The position numbers and the translations under genes were made by a program. 58,733 bases of DNA, taken from assembly GCA_944380415.1 (NCBI GenBank), contig CALWHN010000002.1:1-58733 (forward strand), in the 5' to 3' direction. The notes under the pieces are model-generated. The model did no database searches and was not told the DNA's origin. It was given only the letters and a program-made list of their open reading frames with translations. This document shows positions 55,538 through 58,733 of the stretch, piece after piece. This DNA comes from an uncultured Clostridia bacterium. Its GTDB lineage: Bacteria; Bacillota; Clostridia; Christensenellales; UBA1242. The stretch's first letter is position 1. Each line of letters begins with the position of its first letter.

Positions 55538-56476
55538 GTGAACGGAATAATTGTTGTTGACAAACCGGCAGGGCTAAGCTCCAACACAGTAGTTGGAATT
55601 GTTAAAAGAGCTGTTGGCGCAAAAAAGGCCGGCCATTTGGGAACTCTTGACGTTTTGGGGGACGGAGTTCTTCCGGTTACAATTGGAAAGGCAACGCGCC
55701 TTTTCGACTTTTTTTTATCTAAATCTAAAACATATGTTGCAACGTTTGTTTTTGGCTTTGAAACGGAAACACTTGACGCCGAGGGAAGAATTGTTAAAAC
55801 GTGTAAAAGGGGAGTTGAACTTGACGACATTCAAGATGCACTTTGCAAGTTTGTTGGAAAACAGCTTCAGCTTCCGCCGCAATTTAGCAGCAAGAAAATT
55901 GGAGGTAAATCGGCCTACCTTTTGGCAAGAAAGGGGGAGGAGGTTTTGCTAAAAGAAAAAGAAATTGAAATTTTTTCCTTTAAATTTTTGGGCGAAGCCA
56001 GAGAAGAGGAGCGCAAAATTCTTTTAGAAAGGTTTTCAAAGTTTCATAGCGATGATGAGCTTAAAAAATTAAACTTATTGCCAATCTACAAGTTTGAAAT
56101 CTCATGCAGCGCCGGAACATATATTAGAAGTTTGTGTCGAGATTTTGCACAGCACCTCGGAACATGTGGTACTATGCTTAGCATAACACGCACAAGATGT
56201 GGTGTTTTTGACCTTTCTGGCGCATCTTCGCTTGAAGATGTTAAAAATGGGAACTACGTTCTTGTCAAGCCCGAAGAGGCCGTTGACCTTCCTTCGATAG
56301 AAATTTCATCTGAGCAAAAAAGAGATCTTTTGAATGGAAAAATTGTTACAATTGAAAAACCCTCTGGCCAGTTTAAGCTTTTTTGCGGAGGGGACTTTTT
56401 GGGAATTGTTGAGGTTAATAATTTTAAGTTAAAAATTAAAACTTTTCTTTTGGAGGAGGAAAATGAACAAGGTTAA
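55538..56476 (+). CDS. truB: tRNA pseudouridine-55 synthase
   Basis: GTG start. GIIVVDKPAGLSS and GHLGTLDVLGDGVLPV. Confidence 0.9.
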   Translation: MNGIIVVDKPAGLSSNTVVGIVKRAVGAKKAGHLGTLDVLGDGVLPVTIGKATRLFDFFLSKSKTYVATFVFGFETETLDAEGRIVKTCKRGVELDDIQDALCKFVGKQLQLPPQFSSKKIGGKSAYLLARKGEEVLLKEKEIEIFSFKFLGEAREEERKILLERFSKFHSDDELKKLNLLPIYKFEISCSAGTYIRSLCRDFAQHLGTCGTMLSITRTRCGVFDLSGASSLEDVKNGNYVLVKPEEAVDLPSIEISSEQKRDLLNGKIVTIEKPSGQFKLFCGGDFLGIVEVNNFKLKIKTFLLEEENEQG

Positions 56477-57311
56477 ATTTGGCCCGTCTGGGAACAGTGA
56501 GTTATTCTATCAACTTGGATACAAGTCAAGCGTAGAGGCGCCGGCTTGGCTTAGGTCGCTTGGCCTTAGCGCATATGAATATTCCTTTGGCCGAGGCTAT
56601 AACATGAGCCAGGAAAAGGCAATTGAAATTGGGAAGGAGGCTTGCGCCAACGAAATTGAAATTAGCGTACATGCGCCATATTACATAAACTTTGCCAATG
56701 AAAGCGAGGAGATGGTTGAAAAGTCCTATAACTATGTTTTAACAGGGCTTAAAATGCTTAGGGCAATGGGCGGGAAACACCTTGTTTTTCACGCAAGCTC
56801 CCAGGGCAAACTTCCAAGAGAAAGGGCCCTTGAGCTGACGCGTGAAAGGCTTAAAATTCTTGCAAAAAAGGTTTATGAAAGCGGATATTCGGATATGATG
56901 CTTTGCCCAGAAACAATGGGAAAGCCGCTTCAAATTGGAACGTTTAAAGAAATTGTTGACCTATGCACAGTTGACAAGATTTTTGTTCCAACTTTTGACT
57001 TTGGCCACATCTATTCTCTTTCTCTTGGAAAGTTTGGAAGTTATGAAGACTATGTTGAGGTTTTTTCGTATGCGCTTGAAAAACTTGGCGAAAGAGCAAG
57101 GTTTTGCCACATCCACTTTTCTCAGATTGAATATGGGCAAAAGGGGGAAGTTAGGCATTTAAATTTTGGGAATGGAAAGTTTGGCCCTGCTTTTGAGCCG
57201 ATGTTAAAAGCAATTTCGGACCTTGGCCTCTTTCCAACAGTTATTTGCGAAAGCCACAGCAACATGGCAACAGATGCGCTTGAAATGAAACAGTTCTTTG
57301 AAAAAATTTAA
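56463..57311 (+). CDS. endonuclease IV-like TIM-barrel protein (AP endonuclease family 2)
   Basis: SVHAPYYINFAN, HLVFHAS, CPETMG, FDFGHIY and HIHFS parallel Nfo metal-ligand motifs as recalled. Confidence 0.6.
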   Translation: MNKVKFGPSGNSELFYQLGYKSSVEAPAWLRSLGLSAYEYSFGRGYNMSQEKAIEIGKEACANEIEISVHAPYYINFANESEEMVEKSYNYVLTGLKMLRAMGGKHLVFHASSQGKLPRERALELTRERLKILAKKVYESGYSDMMLCPETMGKPLQIGTFKEIVDLCTVDKIFVPTFDFGHIYSLSLGKFGSYEDYVEVFSYALEKLGERARFCHIHFSQIEYGQKGEVRHLNFGNGKFGPAFEPMLKAISDLGLFPTVICESHSNMATDALEMKQFFEKI

Positions 57312-57381
57312 AGTTTTTTCTTTACAAAAGATTGGCTTTGTGTTAAACTCAATTAAAGATTATATTTTTTAAGGAGATTTT

Positions 57382-57942
57382 ATGATTACAGCAGGAGATT
57401 TTAGAAAGGGAGTTACTTTTGAAATGGATGGAAACATCTATTTGGTTGTTGATTTCCTTCATGTTAAGCCAGGAAAGGGTTCTCCGTTCGTCAGGGCAAA
57501 AATTAAAAACATTGTAACCGGCCAAGTTTTGGAAAGAACTTTCAACCCATCTGACAAATTCCAAGTTGCAGTTATTGAAAGAAAAGAAATGCAATATCTT
57601 TACAACGAGGGCGAAATTTACTATTTCATGGACATGGAGACATATGACCAAATTCCTCTCAACAAAAGCCAAGTTGAAGATGCGTTAAACTTCATAACAG
57701 AAAACATGATGGCAAACATTCAATTCTACAAAGGAGCGGCTTTTTCTGTTGAGCCACCAAACTTTGTTGAACTGACAATTACAAATTGCGAACCAGGAAT
57801 TCAGGGGGACACTTCTAAAGCCGGCTATAAGCCAGCAACGCTTGAAACTGGATATACGCTAAACGTTCCTCTTTTCGTCAACCAGGGCGATAGAATTAGG
57901 GTTGACACAAGAACTGGAACATACATGGAGAGAATTAAGTAA
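57382..57942 (+). CDS. efp: elongation factor P
   Basis: [43 protein letters not shown]. Confidence 0.95.
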   Translation: MITAGDFRKGVTFEMDGNIYLVVDFLHVKPGKGSPFVRAKIKNIVTGQVLERTFNPSDKFQVAVIERKEMQYLYNEGEIYYFMDMETYDQIPLNKSQVEDALNFITENMMANIQFYKGAAFSVEPPNFVELTITNCEPGIQGDTSKAGYKPATLETGYTLNVPLFVNQGDRIRVDTRTGTYMERIK

Positions 57943-57970
57943 TTTTAAAAAACCTTTAAACAAAACAAAA

Positions 57971-58005
57971 AACTGCGAAATAAACCAAATTTCGCAGTTT
58001 TTTTT
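57971..58005 (+). terminator. rho-independent terminator after efp
   Basis: AACTGCGAAA...TTTCGCAGTT followed by a T-run. Confidence 0.75.
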
Positions 58006-58030
58006 ATCTGCTTAAAAAATACCTTACAAT

Positions 58031-58733
58031 ATGACAACAAACAGCGAAGAGAAAAGAATTTTTGCTTCAATTTTGCCGCCCAAAATTTTTTCTCCACTAA
58101 TTGAAAAAATCAACTATTCTCAGTTGAATGAAATTAGGCTTAGAGCAAACAAGCCGATAACAATTTCACTTGGCGGGCGAACATATTTTCTTGGCGAAAA
58201 CGGAATTACAAACAATCTAAGCGAGGCAATCTATTGCACGAAAGAAGACATTGAAAACATTGTCTTTCGCGCAAGCGAATGTTCAATTTATGCCGTCAAT
58301 GAACAAATTAAACAGGGCTTTTTAACAATTGGAATGGGAATTAGAATTGGGCTTGCGGGCGTTGTTGTTTGCGAGGGAGAGGAAGTTAAAACAATTAAAA
58401 ACTTCTCCTCGCTTGTTATAAGAATCCCACACAGAGTTAGAAACTGTAGCCTTAGCGCCTTCAAGCATATTTTAAAGGAAGACAAGTTTTGTAACACGCT
58501 GATAATTTCTCCGCCAGGGTGTGGAAAGACAACATTTTTAAGGGACATTCTTTTCCAACTTTCCTCGCGAAACATTTGTTTTAATGTTTTGGTTTTAGAT
58601 GAGCGGGGGGAAATTTTCGGCAACAGCGAATCCAACCTTTTGGAAAGCAATTTTTGCGATGTTTTGTCCTTCATTTCAAAGCCAGAAGGCTTTTTGTTTG
58701 GAATTAGGGCGCTTTCGCCTTCGCTTATTTTTT
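58031..58733 (+). CDS. spoIIIAA: stage III sporulation protein AA (3' end outside window; absent from the ORF track)
   Basis: Open from the ATG at 58031 to the window end. LNEIRLRANKP, Walker A SPPGCGKTTFLRD and LDERGEI. Confidence 0.8.
   Translation, partial: MTTNSEEKRIFASILPPKIFSPLIEKINYSQLNEIRLRANKPITISLGGRTYFLGENGITNNLSEAIYCTKEDIENIVFRASECSIYAVNEQIKQGFLTIGMGIRIGLAGVVVCEGEEVKTIKNFSSLVIRIPHRVRNCSLSAFKHILKEDKFCNTLIISPPGCGKTTFLRDILFQLSSRNICFNVLVLDERGEIFGNSESNLLESNFCDVLSFISKPEGFLFGIRALSPSLIF

Noticed and set aside
58288-58674. A 128-aa minus-strand ORF, the only track entry in the last 700 nt.
   Set aside because: The plus strand is open from the ATG at 58031 to the window end and encodes a clear SpoIIIAA (Walker A, LDERGEI). 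The minus-strand ORF is its shadow.

Overview
This is a 58.7 kb chromosomal window from a low-GC, endospore-forming Bacillota (Clostridia-like) genome. That placement is inferred from gene content: spoVG, sigG, gpr, ytfI/ytfJ, pdaB-like, ylbJ-like and spoIIIAA. All calls come from reading the ORF translations and the DNA by eye. No database or structure search was run, so family names are recalled motifs, not hits.

Most of the window is dense housekeeping:
- Translation: the L21-Prp-L27 operon, rpsT, rplS, efp and an ABC-F ATPase.
- tRNA and rRNA modification: an MtaB-like fragment, queA-tgt, trmD, tsaD, truB, rluB and rbgA.
- DNA repair: ogg, ruvCAB, radC-like and an endonuclease IV-like gene.
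- Envelope: murC, murI, dac, plsC, nfeD-floA, mscS and yajC.
- Four minus-strand tRNAs: Thr(CGT), and an fMet-Met-Glu operon.

The clearly accessory block is about 7.5-20.3 kb.
- Nt 7529-15940 is a co-directional, tightly coupled phage virion module. It runs from an HTH-less small-terminase-like remnant through portal, scaffold, HK97-type capsid and three neck/tail-like ORFs to two holin-like ORFs.
- The module has no large terminase, protease, tail fibre, endolysin, integrase, repressor or replication genes. It sits between the floA operon and a sporulation deacetylase gene.
- Next to it, on the minus strand, is an operon with its own sigma-A-type promoter. It encodes a calcineurin-like metallophosphoesterase, a catalytically degenerate paralogue and a zinc-ribbon protein. 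I cannot assign it to any described system.

Other observations worth a second look:
- An orphan promoter-to-terminator unit that predicts a roughly 80-nt sRNA with a CCCCC loop (5027-5140).
- A self-contained cassette with an unclassified HExxH...NExxTD protein (963-2994).
- A CBS-pair protein whose N-terminus carries an Rx4H (HEPN-like) motif (48831-49556).
- A Cys/Pro-rich 102-aa protein that overlaps murI convergently (43881-44189).
- An AT-rich insertion in murC.
- A 33-aa hydrophobic micro-ORF upstream of yajC.

I found no CRISPR array, rRNA, transposase or integrase.
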